A DNA stretch of 49,087 bases from the NCBI GenBank assembly GCA_903860935.1, contig CAIOSQ010000274.1:1-49087 (forward strand), written 5' to 3'. Positions within the stretch are counted from its first letter, which is position 1. Each line of letters opens with the position of its first letter. The DNA comes from an uncultured Rhodospirillales bacterium (GTDB lineage: Bacteria; Pseudomonadota; Alphaproteobacteria; CACIAM-22H2). The notes beneath the pieces were generated by a model, which was not told the DNA's origin, searched no databases, and saw only the letters and a program-made list of their open reading frames with translations. Positions 1 to 9,309 of the stretch are shown piece after piece. A program made the position numbers and the translations under genes.

Positions 1-468
1 AACGATTCGAACGCGATCATGCTGCGCCTCATCGCGGCGCGCGTCGCCCCGGAGGCGGCCAAGGCGCTGGGCGAGAAGATGCGCGCGATGCATTTCGCCG
101 TCGGCGAGAGCCGCGACGAGACGCGGCGCCTCGCGGGCGAGATCCGCGTGGTGGCGCGCCAGCTGGTCGAGGCCTTCGGTCGTCACGAATTCGGTCGCGC
201 CGACATGCAGGCGCTGCTCGCTGGCGTGATCGCCGACGGCGAGGCGCAGGAATTCATCGATTTCGCCTCCGCCGAGCAGGCGACGATGGCGATCTCGTCG
301 ATCGTCAACGCCATGAAGGCGGCTGGCCATGTGAGCGACGACGTCTTCGCCGCCATGAATGCCGCGCTGCAGAAGCTGAACGCAGCGGTCGAGAAGGACG
401 AGGCCTATCGCGCCCCGGCCTATCGTCTCGCCCTGAAGGATTTCGAGAAGACCGCCCCCAAGCCATGA
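1..468 (+). CDS. C-terminal part of a multiheme cytochrome c (c554-like), 5'-truncated by the window edge; paralog of 1397..2707
   Basis: Frame is open from base 1 (NDSNAIMLRLIAAR...). It aligns without gaps to the C-terminal 154 aa of 1397..2707 (94/154 identical by manual count). The heme motifs would lie upstream of the window. Confidence 0.85.
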   Translation, partial: NDSNAIMLRLIAARVAPEAAKALGEKMRAMHFAVGESRDETRRLAGEIRVVARQLVEAFGRHEFGRADMQALLAGVIADGEAQEFIDFASAEQATMAISSIVNAMKAAGHVSDDVFAAMNAALQKLNAAVEKDEAYRAPAYRLALKDFEKTAPKP

Positions 469-481
469 GCACGGGCTCGTT

Positions 482-1378
482 ATGAGCATGAGCATGGGCT
501 CTGGCGCGGTGTCCGGTGGCGTGTCGCTGGTGGTCTGCGATCCGCACGTTCATATCTGGGATCTCACGACGAGGCTCTACCCGGCCCGCGAACGCCGCCG
601 CGATGCAGGCGAACCCGGGATCGGCGACTATCACATCGCCGATCTGCGCGCCGATTGCGGTCCGGTGGTGGTCGCGTCTGCCGTCCATGTCGAGGCGTTC
701 CCGACCGATGGCCTCGCCGAGGCGAGGCATGTGACGGCGCTCGCCGAGGCGGCCGGACATGGCCTCCCGCAGGGCATCGTCGCGAATGCGGATCTTGCAT
801 CTGCCGATGCCGACGCCGCGCTGGCGGCGCTGTCGGCGCTGCCTCGGGTTCGCGGTATTCGTCAGGCGCTGAACCGCGCCGACGAGACGCGCGACCTGCT
901 ATGCGATCCGCGGTGGCGAGACGGGTTCACGCTTCTGGCCCGACACGGGCTGTCCTTCGATCTGCAGATCGCGCCGGAGCGGATGCGCGAGGCCGCGGCG
1001 CTGCTTACCCGGCATCCGGAGATCCCCGTCGCGCTCAACCATGCCGGCTGGCCCAAGGCGCGGGGCCTTGCCGCGTGGCGGGTCTGGCGCGAGGGACTGC
1101 GCGCGCTGGCGGCGCTGCCGCATGTCCATGTGAAGATCAGCGGCTTCGGCATGTTCGAGCGCGACTGGACGCTGGAGAGCATCCGTCCCTATGTGTTCGA
1201 GGCGATCGATGCGTTCGGGACCGACCGGGCGATGTTCGCGTCCAATTTCCCGGTCGACCGGCTGGCCCGGGACTATCCGTCGCTCTGGCGGGCCTTCGCC
1301 GCGCTCGTCGAGGATCTCGACGAGGCGTCGCGGGGCCGGCTTCTGCGCGCGAATGCCGAGGCGTTCTACCGCCTGTGA
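482..1378 (+). CDS. Amidohydrolase-superfamily TIM-barrel hydrolase (lactonase / amidohydro_2-like)
   Basis: N-terminal DPHVH metal motif, LNHAG, VKISG, and FASNFPVD with the catalytic Asp. Confidence 0.85.
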   Translation: MSMSMGSGAVSGGVSLVVCDPHVHIWDLTTRLYPARERRRDAGEPGIGDYHIADLRADCGPVVVASAVHVEAFPTDGLAEARHVTALAEAAGHGLPQGIVANADLASADADAALAALSALPRVRGIRQALNRADETRDLLCDPRWRDGFTLLARHGLSFDLQIAPERMREAAALLTRHPEIPVALNHAGWPKARGLAAWRVWREGLRALAALPHVHVKISGFGMFERDWTLESIRPYVFEAIDAFGTDRAMFASNFPVDRLARDYPSLWRAFAALVEDLDEASRGRLLRANAEAFYRL

Positions 1379-1396
1379 CCGCGTGCGGCCGTCGGC

Positions 1397-2707
1397 TCAG
1401 CGCGGGATGGTCTGCTCGAAATCGCGCAGCGCGGCGCGGTAGGTGCCCGGCCGGAACGCCTCGTCCTTCGCGACGGCCGCGAACATGCGCTGCAGCGCGT
1501 CGTTCATCCGCTTGTAGCCGTCCTCGGGAACATGGCCACCCGCGCGCATCGCGCTGAGGATCGAGCCGATCGCCATCGTGGCCTGCTCGGCGACCGCATA
1601 ATCGAAGAAATCGCCGCCATTGCCGCTCGCCGCGATCCCCGCGAGGAGCGCGCGCATGTCCTCGGCCCCGAAATCGCGCTTGCCGAAGACGCCGACCAGC
1701 TGGCGCGACAGGGTCCGGATCTCGCCGGCGAGGCGCCGGGTTTCCTCGCGGTTTTGGGTCACCGCGCGATGCAGGCCGCGCATCTTCTCGCCCAGGCTGC
1801 GTGCGAGTTCGGGCGCGGCGCGCGCGGCGGCGATCCGTAGCATGATCGCGTTGGCGTCGTTGAGCTTGATCATCCCCGGACCGAGGCCGGTCGACGGCCG
1901 CGGGTTCCATTTGAGGTCGCTCATCGGGTGGTGGCAGGCGTGGCAGTCGAAGAAGACGAGTTCAGGGAACAGGCCGCTCGTCCCGACTTCGGGATCGAGC
2001 ATCAGGTCCATCGTCTTCGCGAGGGCCATCGCCTGGCCGATCGCCCAGACCTGGACGCTGTTCTGTCTGCCCTTGCGCTCGACATAGTCCTTGTCGATGG
2101 CGAAATGCGCCGGCTGCGTGGCGGTGAAGGTGTCCAACTCGAAGCCGATGCGGGGATGTCCCGCGCCCATCAGCCGGTGCGAGACGAATTTGCGGTCGTT
2201 GCCGTAATGGCAGGAGAGGCAGAGTTCGGCGCGCGCGACCGGATCGTCGGTCGGATACATGCCGGCCTTGACGTTGTCGGCATGGCTGGCGCCGGAGATG
2301 TGGATGCCGAGCCAGGTGCTGCCGCCGCCATGACAGGCCTCGCAGCCGACGCCGTCGGTGAGCTGGAACTGGCGACCGCGCTGGGCCGCGGCGACATTGT
2401 CGGCGTGGCAGTCGAGGCACACCTTCGCGGTATGCGCATCGGGTAGTCCCAGATTGCGGGCGATGCGTTTCGACAGATCGTTGAGCAGGACCTTGTAGGC
2501 CTTCGCGTGCGGGTCCTGGCGCAGCCAGGTCGTGTATTCGTTCTGCAGCACGTTCGAGGTCTTGAACGGCTCCTGCGCGCCGTGGCAGGTGCTGCCGGCG
2601 CAGGAGGTCACGCCAAGATGCGTCGCCTTCGCATAATGCGGAAGTTCGACGGCGTTCGCGAGAGCCGGCAGGAGTACCGCCAGAACCAGGACCATCCAGC
2701 CGCGCAT
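1397..2707 (-). CDS. Exported multiheme cytochrome c (c554-like N-terminal domain, about 5 hemes) with helical C-terminal domain
   Basis: Signal peptide MRGWMVLVLAVLLPALANA. Four CxxCH motifs (CLDCH, CEACH, CLSCH, CHACH) plus atypical CAGSTCH (CX4CH). GGGAGG RBS upstream. Confidence 0.9.
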   Translation of the reverse strand: MRGWMVLVLAVLLPALANAVELPHYAKATHLGVTSCAGSTCHGAQEPFKTSNVLQNEYTTWLRQDPHAKAYKVLLNDLSKRIARNLGLPDAHTAKVCLDCHADNVAAAQRGRQFQLTDGVGCEACHGGGSTWLGIHISGASHADNVKAGMYPTDDPVARAELCLSCHYGNDRKFVSHRLMGAGHPRIGFELDTFTATQPAHFAIDKDYVERKGRQNSVQVWAIGQAMALAKTMDLMLDPEVGTSGLFPELVFFDCHACHHPMSDLKWNPRPSTGLGPGMIKLNDANAIMLRIAAARAAPELARSLGEKMRGLHRAVTQNREETRRLAGEIRTLSRQLVGVFGKRDFGAEDMRALLAGIAASGNGGDFFDYAVAEQATMAIGSILSAMRAGGHVPEDGYKRMNDALQRMFAAVAKDEAFRPGTYRAALRDFEQTIPR

Positions 2708-2757
2708 TGCCCCTCCCGACCGCTCCGCCTTCGAACCCTCGAATGGCCTCGAATTTC

Positions 2758-2786
2758 ATCCTACTGGTCAAGTCCGACGGTCGCAA
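2758..2786 (-). promoter_or_regulatory. Candidate sigma70 promoter for the multiheme cytochrome gene
   Basis: Minus strand reads TTGCGA-N17-TAGGAT about 50 bp upstream of the ATG at 2707. Confidence 0.4.
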
Positions 2787-2799
2787 TGTAGCTTGGCGG

Positions 2800-3540
2800 A
2801 TGACTGGTCTTCGCCGCCGGGGAGCCGCCGACATCGACACGGGTTCCATTCCGATCGCCGGGTCCCTCGCGGCTGCCGCGACGATCGCGGGGACAGCGCT
2901 CGGCGCGCTTGCGACGACATGGATGACCGACATGGTGCTGCGGCGTGTCGCCTGGGCCGACGATCTGCCGCCCCTCGCGTGGCGCATCGAGCGGTCCTTC
3001 TTCGCCGCGCGTGTCTGCGGTGCGGCCCTGATCGGCCTGGTCTGCGCATCATCGCTCCCGCCGCTCGAGGCGGCCGCGACGAGCGTCTTCGGCTGGGCGA
3101 TGCTGGCCCTCGCCTGGATCGATCTGCGCAAGGGCGTGTTGCCTGACGTGGCGACCGGGGTGACCGCCGTCGCCGGGCTTGGCTGGGCGCTGGCATCCGG
3201 CGATTTCGTCGCCGCGGTCGCGATGGCTCTCGCGGGCGGATTGCTCGGGTTTGGAATCCTGGCGGCGGTCGCGGCGCTCTATCGGTGCGCGCGCGGTGTC
3301 GACGGCCTTGGTGGCGGCGATGCGCGTCTTCTCGGTGCGATTGGGATCTGGGTCGGGTGGCAGGGCATCGCGCCGGTGCTGCTTGGCGCGGCGTTGCTCG
3401 GTCTCGCCCTGGCCGGCGCGCTGCGACTCGCGGGGCGTGGTCCGGGGGGCGGCGATGCGGTGCCGTTCGGCCCGTTCCTTTGCATCTGCGCCTGGCTGGT
3501 TCTGATCTGGCGGATGGCGTCGGGCGAGGGGGTGGGATGA
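2800..3540 (+). CDS. gspO: Prepilin peptidase (A24 family, GspO/PilD-like); start uncertain
   Basis: Multi-TM protein with two aspartate motifs (WIDLRKGVLPD, GLGGGDARLLGAIG) and C-terminal VPFGPFL. Stop overlaps the gspE start (ATGA). Confidence 0.85.
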   Translation: MTGLRRRGAADIDTGSIPIAGSLAAAATIAGTALGALATTWMTDMVLRRVAWADDLPPLAWRIERSFFAARVCGAALIGLVCASSLPPLEAAATSVFGWAMLALAWIDLRKGVLPDVATGVTAVAGLGWALASGDFVAAVAMALAGGLLGFGILAAVAALYRCARGVDGLGGGDARLLGAIGIWVGWQGIAPVLLGAALLGLALAGALRLAGRGPGGGDAVPFGPFLCICAWLVLIWRMASGEGVG

Positions 3541-5252
3541 GCATCTCCGACCGAGATCCGCCATCGGGTGCGGCGACGGCAGAGGATCTGCTCGAATTCC
3601 TGGTCGCGCGCGGCGTCGTCGCGGAGGGCGCGCCCACGCGGGTCCGCGCGCTGCGCTCCAGCCGCGAGGAGAGCGACGCGGCGATGCTCGTCGCGCTGGG
3701 GCTCGCGGACGAGCGTGCCCTCGCCGCGGCCCTCGCCGAGTTCCTGCGGCTTCCGCTTGTCGGCGCGGAGGATTTTCCGTCCCGTCCCGTGCAGGTCGCC
3801 CGGATCGCACCCGAGTTCCTGCGCCGGGCGCGCATTCTGCCGCTCGCCGAGAGCGCCGATGCGCTCGACCTGGCGATGGCGGATCCGACGGATGCCTATG
3901 CGCTGCGGGCCGTGCGGCTGGCGACCGGGCGTCCGGTGCGTGCATGCGTTGCCGTCCCCAGCGAGATCATGGCGGCGCTCGATCGCCTCGAGAGGCCGGG
4001 CGGTGCCGCGACCGCGGCGACGGCCGAGGCTGCACCCGCGCGCGCCGACGATCTCCGCCGGCTCGGCGACCTCGCGAGCGACGAACCGGTCATCCGGTTC
4101 GTCAATACGCTGGTCGCGCGCGCCGTCGCCGCCCGCGCCTCGGACATCCATGTCGAGGCGGCCGAGGCCCAGGTGACCCTGCGTCTGCGGATCGACGGGC
4201 TGCTGCGGCCGATCGAGCCGCCGCCTGCGGCGCTGGCCCCGAACATCGTGAACCGCATCAAGATCCTGTCGGGCCTCGACGTGGCGCAGCGACGGCTGCC
4301 ACAGGATGGCCGCTTTCGCGTCACGGCGGAGGGACGCGAGATCGACATCCGGATCTCCACCGTTCCCACACTGCATGGCGAAAGCGTCGTGCTGCGCCTG
4401 CTCGACCGGCAGCGCGCGCCGCTCGACCTCGCCGAACTCGGCTTCGGGCAAGGCTTGCGCGACGGGCTCGAGGGGTTGCTTGGCCTCGCCAGTGGAATGG
4501 TCCTGGTGACCGGCCCGACCGGCAGCGGCAAGACCTCGACGCTCTACGCCTTGCTGCAGCGGCTCAACGCGCCGGAGCGCAAGATCCTGACGGTCGAGGA
4601 CCCGGTCGAATACCAGCTGCCCGGCGTGAACCAGATCGCCGTCAACGCCGCGATCGGGCTCGATTTCGCCCATGTCCTGCGCTCGCTTCTGCGCCAGGAT
4701 CCGGACGTGCTGCTGGTGGGCGAGATCCGCGACGCGGAGACCGCGCGCGTGGCGGCCCAGGCCAGCCTCACCGGCCATCTGATGCTGTCGACGGTGCATA
4801 CCAACGATGCTGTCGGCACGATCGCGCGGCTGCTCGATATCGGGCTCGAGGGGCTGCTCGTCACCTCGGTGCTGCGCGCGGTTCTGGCGCAGCGTCTGGT
4901 GCGCCGGCTCTGCACCGCCTGTCGCGCGCCTGTCTTCGTCGGCCGCGCCGCGCTGGCGCGCGCGGGCATGGCGGCGCTGCTGCCGCCAGATGCGGATGGC
5001 GCGACGCTGCATCGCGCCGTCGGCTGTCCCGCCTGTGGCGGCACGGGCTATCGCGGCCGCGTCGCGATCGGCGAATTGCTGACGATGTCGGACGAACTCG
5101 GCCAGGAGATCCTGCGTGGCGCGGATCTCGCCGCGCTGCGGCGCTGCGCGCAAAATGCCGGCATGGTCGAGATGCGTCTGGACGGGATGCGCAAGGCCCT
5201 CGACGGTGCGACGACCCTCGAGGAAATCCTGCGCGTCACCGGAGGCGCGTGA
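3537..5252 (+). CDS. gspE: Type II secretion ATPase GspE
   Basis: ASDIHVE, RRLPQDGR, Walker A GPTGSGKT, TVEDPVE, LRQDPDVLLVGEIRD, tetracysteine CTAC...CPAC. ATG at 3537 overlaps the gspO stop. Confidence 0.95.
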   Translation: MSISDRDPPSGAATAEDLLEFLVARGVVAEGAPTRVRALRSSREESDAAMLVALGLADERALAAALAEFLRLPLVGAEDFPSRPVQVARIAPEFLRRARILPLAESADALDLAMADPTDAYALRAVRLATGRPVRACVAVPSEIMAALDRLERPGGAATAATAEAAPARADDLRRLGDLASDEPVIRFVNTLVARAVAARASDIHVEAAEAQVTLRLRIDGLLRPIEPPPAALAPNIVNRIKILSGLDVAQRRLPQDGRFRVTAEGREIDIRISTVPTLHGESVVLRLLDRQRAPLDLAELGFGQGLRDGLEGLLGLASGMVLVTGPTGSGKTSTLYALLQRLNAPERKILTVEDPVEYQLPGVNQIAVNAAIGLDFAHVLRSLLRQDPDVLLVGEIRDAETARVAAQASLTGHLMLSTVHTNDAVGTIARLLDIGLEGLLVTSVLRAVLAQRLVRRLCTACRAPVFVGRAALARAGMAALLPPDADGATLHRAVGCPACGGTGYRGRVAIGELLTMSDELGQEILRGADLAALRRCAQNAGMVEMRLDGMRKALDGATTLEEILRVTGGA

Positions 5253-6463
5253 TGGGCGGTTTTCGTTATCGCGCAGTCGATCCCTCGGGTGCCGCGATCA
5301 CCGGCGAGATCGAGGCCGCGGACGAGGCGGCGGCCATCGCGGCGCTGCAGGCGCGCGGGGTGTTCCCGACCGACATCGTGCCCGCCGCGGCGGACCCCAT
5401 GCCCGCGACCGCGGCGGCGCGGGCAGGAACCGCCCTGCGCGCGCGGGATCTGGCGCTGTTCACTCGCCAGCTCGCCAGCCTGACCGGTGCCGGCATCCGG
5501 CTCGAGCGTGCGCTGAGCCTTCTTGCCGCCGGCCGCGGTCCCGCGCGGGCGCGGCGGGTCGCCGGTGAACTCCATCGTCAGTTGCTCGGCGGCAGCCAGT
5601 TCTCCGCGGCCTGCGCCAGCCACCGCGCCTTTCCGCCCCATTTCGCCCTGGTGGTGGCGGCCGGCGAGGCGCGAGCGGACACCGCCGGTGCTCTCGATTA
5701 CCTCGCCGCCCTGCAGGAGCGCTGGCGCCAGACGGCCCAGGCGCTGGTCGCCGCGCTGGCCTATCCGGCGGCGGTTCTGGTCGTGGGCGTGGCCACGCTC
5801 GCCTTCCTCCTGGTGTTTTTCGTCCAGCGCTTCGAGCCGTTGCTGCGCGATCTCGGCCGCGCCTTGCCGCTGCAGACCCGGATCCTCCTTGGCGCGTCGG
5901 ACGCCGCGGCATGGGCCGCGCCGGTGTTCGTGCTCGCGCTCGCGGCGATGGTCGCGCTTGCCGCCGCGAGCCGTCGCGACCCGCGGCTCGCCCTGGCGCG
6001 CGACCGGTTCCTGTTGCGGTTGCCGCTGGTCGGCTCCCTGCTGCGCCAGATCCTGGCGGAGCGGATCATGGTCATGCTCGGACATCTGCTCGCGGCCCGC
6101 GTCGAGTTCCGGCTCGCCCTCGCGGCCACGGCGGCCGCGATCGGCAACCGCGTCGCCGCGGCGGCGCTCGAGGATGCGCGCGCCGCCCTCGAACGCGGCG
6201 AGGGGCCGGGCGCGGCGCTCGCCAACGGCGGCATCCTGCCGGAATTCGCGCTCGAGTTGATCCGGATCGGCGAGGAGACGGGCGACCTGCCGGGGATGCT
6301 GCGGCGCGGCGCCGATCTCGCGCGCCGCGAGGCCGAGGCCACGACCGCCCTGGTGCTGGGCCTCGTCACACCGGTCAGCATCCTTGCCCTGGGCCTCGCG
6401 ATCGGCGCCATCATCTGGGGGGTTTTCGGATCCGTGCTGGAGGTCTACGACATCGCGTCATGA
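5252..6463 (+). CDS. gspF: Type II secretion inner-membrane platform protein GspF
   Basis: MGGFRYRAVD start, LALFTRQLASL, ALAYP-TM, IRIGEETGDL, C-terminal TM. Coupled to gspE (TGATG). Confidence 0.92.
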   Translation: MGGFRYRAVDPSGAAITGEIEAADEAAAIAALQARGVFPTDIVPAAADPMPATAAARAGTALRARDLALFTRQLASLTGAGIRLERALSLLAAGRGPARARRVAGELHRQLLGGSQFSAACASHRAFPPHFALVVAAGEARADTAGALDYLAALQERWRQTAQALVAALAYPAAVLVVGVATLAFLLVFFVQRFEPLLRDLGRALPLQTRILLGASDAAAWAAPVFVLALAAMVALAAASRRDPRLALARDRFLLRLPLVGSLLRQILAERIMVMLGHLLAARVEFRLALAATAAAIGNRVAAAALEDARAALERGEGPGAALANGGILPEFALELIRIGEETGDLPGMLRRGADLARREAEATTALVLGLVTPVSILALGLAIGAIIWGVFGSVLEVYDIAS

Positions 6464-6918
6464 ACCGCCCGTCCGCATCCTTTCCGCCGCGCCGCGCCGC
6501 GGGCGCGTCCCAGGCCGGATTCACCCTGGTCGAACTGCTGGTTGTGCTCGCGATCATGGCGATGCTGGCCGGCCTCGTGGCGCCGCGCGTGATGGAGTAT
6601 TTCGGGCGCGCGAAGGTCGATACCGCGAAGCTGCAGGTCGAGAACATCGCGGCGGCGATGGAACTGCACCGCCTCGATGTCGGTCGCTATCCGTCGGCGC
6701 AGGAGGGCCTCCAGGCGCTCGTCGCCCCGAGCGGCGCGGCGCGTTGGCAGGGACCCTATCTCAAGGGCGGCGCGGTGCCGCTGGATCCCTGGGGGCGGCC
6801 CTATCGCTACCGGATCCCGGGCACCGAGGGGCGTGCCTTCGACGTCTACTCGGCCGGTCCGTCGGCGGAGGGCGGGGAGGGCGCCCCGGCGCGAGGCGCC
6901 ATCGTCAACCGTCCGTGA
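6460..6918 (+). CDS. gspG: Major pseudopilin GspG
   Basis: Class III signal QAG|FTLVE, then LDVGRYPS..EGLQALV, WQGPYLK and DPWGRPYRY. Confidence 0.95.
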   Translation: MNRPSASFPPRRAAGASQAGFTLVELLVVLAIMAMLAGLVAPRVMEYFGRAKVDTAKLQVENIAAAMELHRLDVGRYPSAQEGLQALVAPSGAARWQGPYLKGGAVPLDPWGRPYRYRIPGTEGRAFDVYSAGPSAEGGEGAPARGAIVNRP

Positions 6919-7343
6919 GTGGCGGCGCGCGCGCGCGACGGCGCGGGTTCTCCCTGATCGAGATGCTCGTCGTGCTCGCCCTGCTCGGCGTCGCGGCCAT
7001 GCTGGCGCTGCCGCGTTTCGGATCTTCGGCGACCGCCGGCGATCTCGCCGCGATCACGCGCCAGGTCCACGACGCCTTGCGCGAGGCCCGCAGCGTCGCC
7101 CTCGCCCAGGGGCGCGACGTCGCCGTCGCCATCGATCCCGGTGGTCGTGCGCTGTGGATCGACGGGAAGCGGCGGGTGCTCGGTGGCCGCGCCGCCGCCG
7201 ACATCCTGGCCTCCGCCGGATCGCCGATCATGTTCCATGCCGTCGGCGGTTCGTCCGGCGGGCGCATCCTGCTGCGCGCCGCGGACAGGCGCAGGGAGAT
7301 CCTGGTTGAACCGGTCACCGGCCGCATCCGCGACGCGGGTTGA
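6915..7343 (+). CDS. gspH: Minor pseudopilin GspH
   Basis: RRG|FSLIEMLVVL, ARSVALAQG, FHAVGGSSGG, VEPVTGRI. GTG start overlaps the gspG stop. Confidence 0.85.
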   Translation: MSGGARARRRGFSLIEMLVVLALLGVAAMLALPRFGSSATAGDLAAITRQVHDALREARSVALAQGRDVAVAIDPGGRALWIDGKRRVLGGRAAADILASAGSPIMFHAVGGSSGGRILLRAADRRREILVEPVTGRIRDAG

Positions 7344-7740
7344 CCCCCGCCGGGGGCGGTGCCGCGCCGGGTTCTCGCTGATCGAGATCCTGGTCGCGCT
7401 CGCGATCGCGGGCGCCGTGCTCGGCACGGTCGCCGGTACGCTGCGGCGCGGTGGCGAGGCCGCGCTGCGCGCCGGACGGATCGAGGAGGCGCTGCTCGTC
7501 GCCCAGGGGCGGCTCGCCGCCGCGGGAACCGAGGAGCCGCTGTCTCCCGGGCGGAGCCAGGGGCTCGCCGCGGAGCGCTATCCCTGGGAGATGACGATCG
7601 AATCCGTCGATCTGCCGCTGCCCGTCGCCGGGCCTGCCGCGAAGGTTTTCCGCATCGCGATCGTGGTCACATGGCGCGAGGGCCGCGCCGAGCGTCGTCT
7701 GGACCTTGCCACCCATCGCCTCGCCTTGGGGGCACGATGA
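7306..7740 (+). CDS. gspI: Minor pseudopilin GspI (start uncertain; TTG at 7306 assumed)
   Basis: RAG|FSLIEILVALAI prepilin motif; size and position between gspH and gspJ. Confidence 0.8.
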   Translation: MNRSPAASATRVDPRRGRCRAGFSLIEILVALAIAGAVLGTVAGTLRRGGEAALRAGRIEEALLVAQGRLAAAGTEEPLSPGRSQGLAAERYPWEMTIESVDLPLPVAGPAAKVFRIAIVVTWREGRAERRLDLATHRLALGAR

Positions 7741-8348
7741 CCGGGACGCGGCGCCGGTGTCGCGCGGTAGCGCGCGGCTTCACCCTGGTCGAACTCCTCG
7801 TGGCCATGGCGCTCGCCGGGCTCGTCCTGCTCGCGCTGTTCGGCGGGATGGCGATCGCCGTACGCGGTGTCGCGCAGCTCGCGTCCGGAAGCGAACGGGT
7901 CGACGAGCGGCGCCAGCTCGCGCTCTGGCTGCGGCGCGAGATCGAGGTCGCGCTGCCGCCGGATCGCGGTGGTCTGGCGCGGCTGCCCTTCGTGGGCGAG
8001 GCCGCGGCGCTGCGTTTCCTGACCATCGACGCCGCAGGCGCGACGGAGGTCTCGCTCGCGCTGGAGGCCGCGCTCGACGGCACGTCCGGTCGGCTGGTGC
8101 TGGTGCGGCGCCCTCTTGATGGTGGCCTGCCGGCGCGCGTCGTGCTGGCGCGGGACTTGGCGTCCTTGCGGTTCTCCTACTGGGGACGGCACGCCGAGGC
8201 GGAGGGTGCGCGCTGGGCCGACAGCTGGAGCGATCCGCGCGAGGTCCCGGTGCTGGTGCGGGTCGCGATCACGCGGTCCGGCGCTGAGGAGGCGCTGCCG
8301 ATCGTCGTGCGCCTGCGCGCCGCCGATTCCCGGGCGTCGGCGCCATGA
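7737..8348 (+). CDS. gspJ: Minor pseudopilin GspJ
   Basis: ARG|FTLVELLVAM and C-terminal LRFSYW...W..SW..P.LVRV pattern; ATGA overlap. Confidence 0.85.
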   Translation: MTGTRRRCRAVARGFTLVELLVAMALAGLVLLALFGGMAIAVRGVAQLASGSERVDERRQLALWLRREIEVALPPDRGGLARLPFVGEAAALRFLTIDAAGATEVSLALEAALDGTSGRLVLVRRPLDGGLPARVVLARDLASLRFSYWGRHAEAEGARWADSWSDPREVPVLVRVAITRSGAEEALPIVVRLRAADSRASAP

Positions 8349-9244
8349 CCGGATCCGCGCATCCCCGGGCGGACCGCCAGCGCGGCGCCGTGCTGATCGT
8401 CGTGCTGTGGTGTGCGGGCCTCGTGGCGGCGTTGCTGCTCGCGGCCCTGGGTACGGGCCGGACCGACGCGCTGGTCGCGCGCAACGCGGTGGACCAGGCG
8501 CGCGCGCAACTCGCCGCCGAGGGCGCGGCGCAGCTGGCCCTCGCGCGGCTGCTGATCCGGCGCGCGGAGGGCCGCCCGAGCGCCAGCGGCGATCCGGAGC
8601 CCTGGTCCGATGGCGACATCGCGGGCCGCGTCGCGGTGATCGACGAGAACGGCCGCATCGACATCAACGAGGCGTCGTTCGAGATGCTCGCCGGCCTCGT
8701 CCAGGCCGTGGGGCGCGGCGAGGCGGAGGCCTCCGCCCTGGCCTGCGCGATCCTCGGGTTTCGGGGCGCGATCGATTCGCGCTGCGCCGCGGTTTCGTCC
8801 ATCCAGGCCGGGCAGGTCTTCGCCGCGACGGCGCAGTTGGCGGCGCTGCCCGGCGCGGATCCGGCGCTGGTCGCCGCCCTCGTGCCGCATGTCACGGTGC
8901 ATTCGGGCGCGTTCGGGATCGATCCCGCCGCCGCGACGCGCGAGGCGCTGCTGGCCGTGCCGGGGCACAGCCCCGGGATCGTCGCGCAATTCCTCCTGCG
9001 CCGGGCCGCGCGCGCGCCGCTCGGCGAGGGCGGCTCGGTCTACGATGTGCTGCCGCCCTCGCGCTATCTGACGGCAAGCCCCGGCGTGGTCTTCGTCATC
9101 CATGCCGAGGCGGTCGTGCCCGGCGGCGCGGTCTATCGCGTCGAACACGTGGTTCGCCTCGGTGGGGGCGACGACCGGCCGTACCGGACCCTCGCCTGGC
9201 GCGCGCAGCCGCCGCCGCGGTTCGCGTCTCAGGCCGCCCGCTGA
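8345..9244 (+). CDS. gspK: Minor pseudopilin GspK
   Basis: QRG|AVLIVVLW (no Glu5, as is typical of GspK), DENGRIDIN, VTVHSG..GIDP. Confidence 0.88.
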   Translation: MTGSAHPRADRQRGAVLIVVLWCAGLVAALLLAALGTGRTDALVARNAVDQARAQLAAEGAAQLALARLLIRRAEGRPSASGDPEPWSDGDIAGRVAVIDENGRIDINEASFEMLAGLVQAVGRGEAEASALACAILGFRGAIDSRCAAVSSIQAGQVFAATAQLAALPGADPALVAALVPHVTVHSGAFGIDPAAATREALLAVPGHSPGIVAQFLLRRAARAPLGEGGSVYDVLPPSRYLTASPGVVFVIHAEAVVPGGAVYRVEHVVRLGGGDDRPYRTLAWRAQPPPRFASQAAR

Positions 9245-9309
9245 TGCGTGCGGCGCGGCACCTCTGATAGGATCGCATCCGTGAGGCGTCAGGCGGTGCG
9301 GCTTCGGCC

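Noticed and set aside
3537-3760. c-di-GMP-binding MshEN motif in GspE
   Set aside because: The helical pattern is visible (LVARGVV, LVALGL) but the RLG residues are missing, so binding is unsupported.
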